IMG/VR virus record: IMGVR_UViG_3300012990_000004
Location: 1 to 46,981 of that record
DNA length: 46,981 nucleotides
Source of the DNA: a virus
Taxonomy: Duplodnaviria > Caudoviricetes
Strand: one strand, 5' to 3'
Shown: one piece after another, positions 46,936-46,981 of the stretch
Position numbering within the stretch: the stretch's first letter is position 1
Layout: each line of letters begins with the position of its first letter
The notes under the pieces: model-generated
What the model was told of the DNA's origin: nothing
Databases searched by the model: none
Seen by the model: the letters and a program-made list of their open reading frames with translations, nothing else
Position numbers and translations under genes: made by a program

Positions 46936-46981
46936 ATATTAAAAGCTATATATATATATAATATTAAAAGCTATAATATAT
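46936..46981. repeat. AT-rich element with a 15-bp direct repeat and (TA)n
   Basis: ATATTAAAAGCTATA at 46936-46950 and 46961-46975, around a TA tract. Confidence 0.85.

Overview
Two unrelated sequences appear to be joined in this window. Bases 1-1005 are the 3' part of an actinobacterial-type gyrB. After an (AT)n tract at 1010-1026 comes what looks like a near-complete ~46 kb lytic podovirus genome of a Gram-negative host. It has two convergent arms and no RNA polymerase or integrase that I can recognise, and its layout resembles Zobellviridae and LUZ24-type phages. The + arm (1869-16406) carries early and replication genes: amidoligase plus class II glutamine amidotransferase, primase, DnaB-like helicase, a split family A DNA polymerase, SSB, 5'-3' exonuclease, two tRNAs, HNH, DUF3310, a DEDD exonuclease and a class II (B12) ribonucleotide reductase. 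The - arm (46722 down to 16437) carries small basic proteins, an elaborate set of tail-fibre genes, holin/endolysin/spanins, terminase, portal, scaffold, capsid, tail and internal virion proteins. The window ends in the same AT-rich AAGCT-containing element that starts the phage part, so the phage is probably circular here and the gyrB join is probably an assembly chimera. The most interesting signals are: (i) a non-coding leader packed with motifs matching host regulators (two Zur-like boxes, an NtrC-like box, DnaA boxes) and other palindromes; (ii) a five-copy GTCTC-N4-GAGAC palindrome in the early region; (iii) a possible plug-and-socket branched tail-fibre network, including a gene remnant; and (iv) a PolA split by an unrelated small ORF. 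All calls come from reading motifs by eye; no database searches were run.
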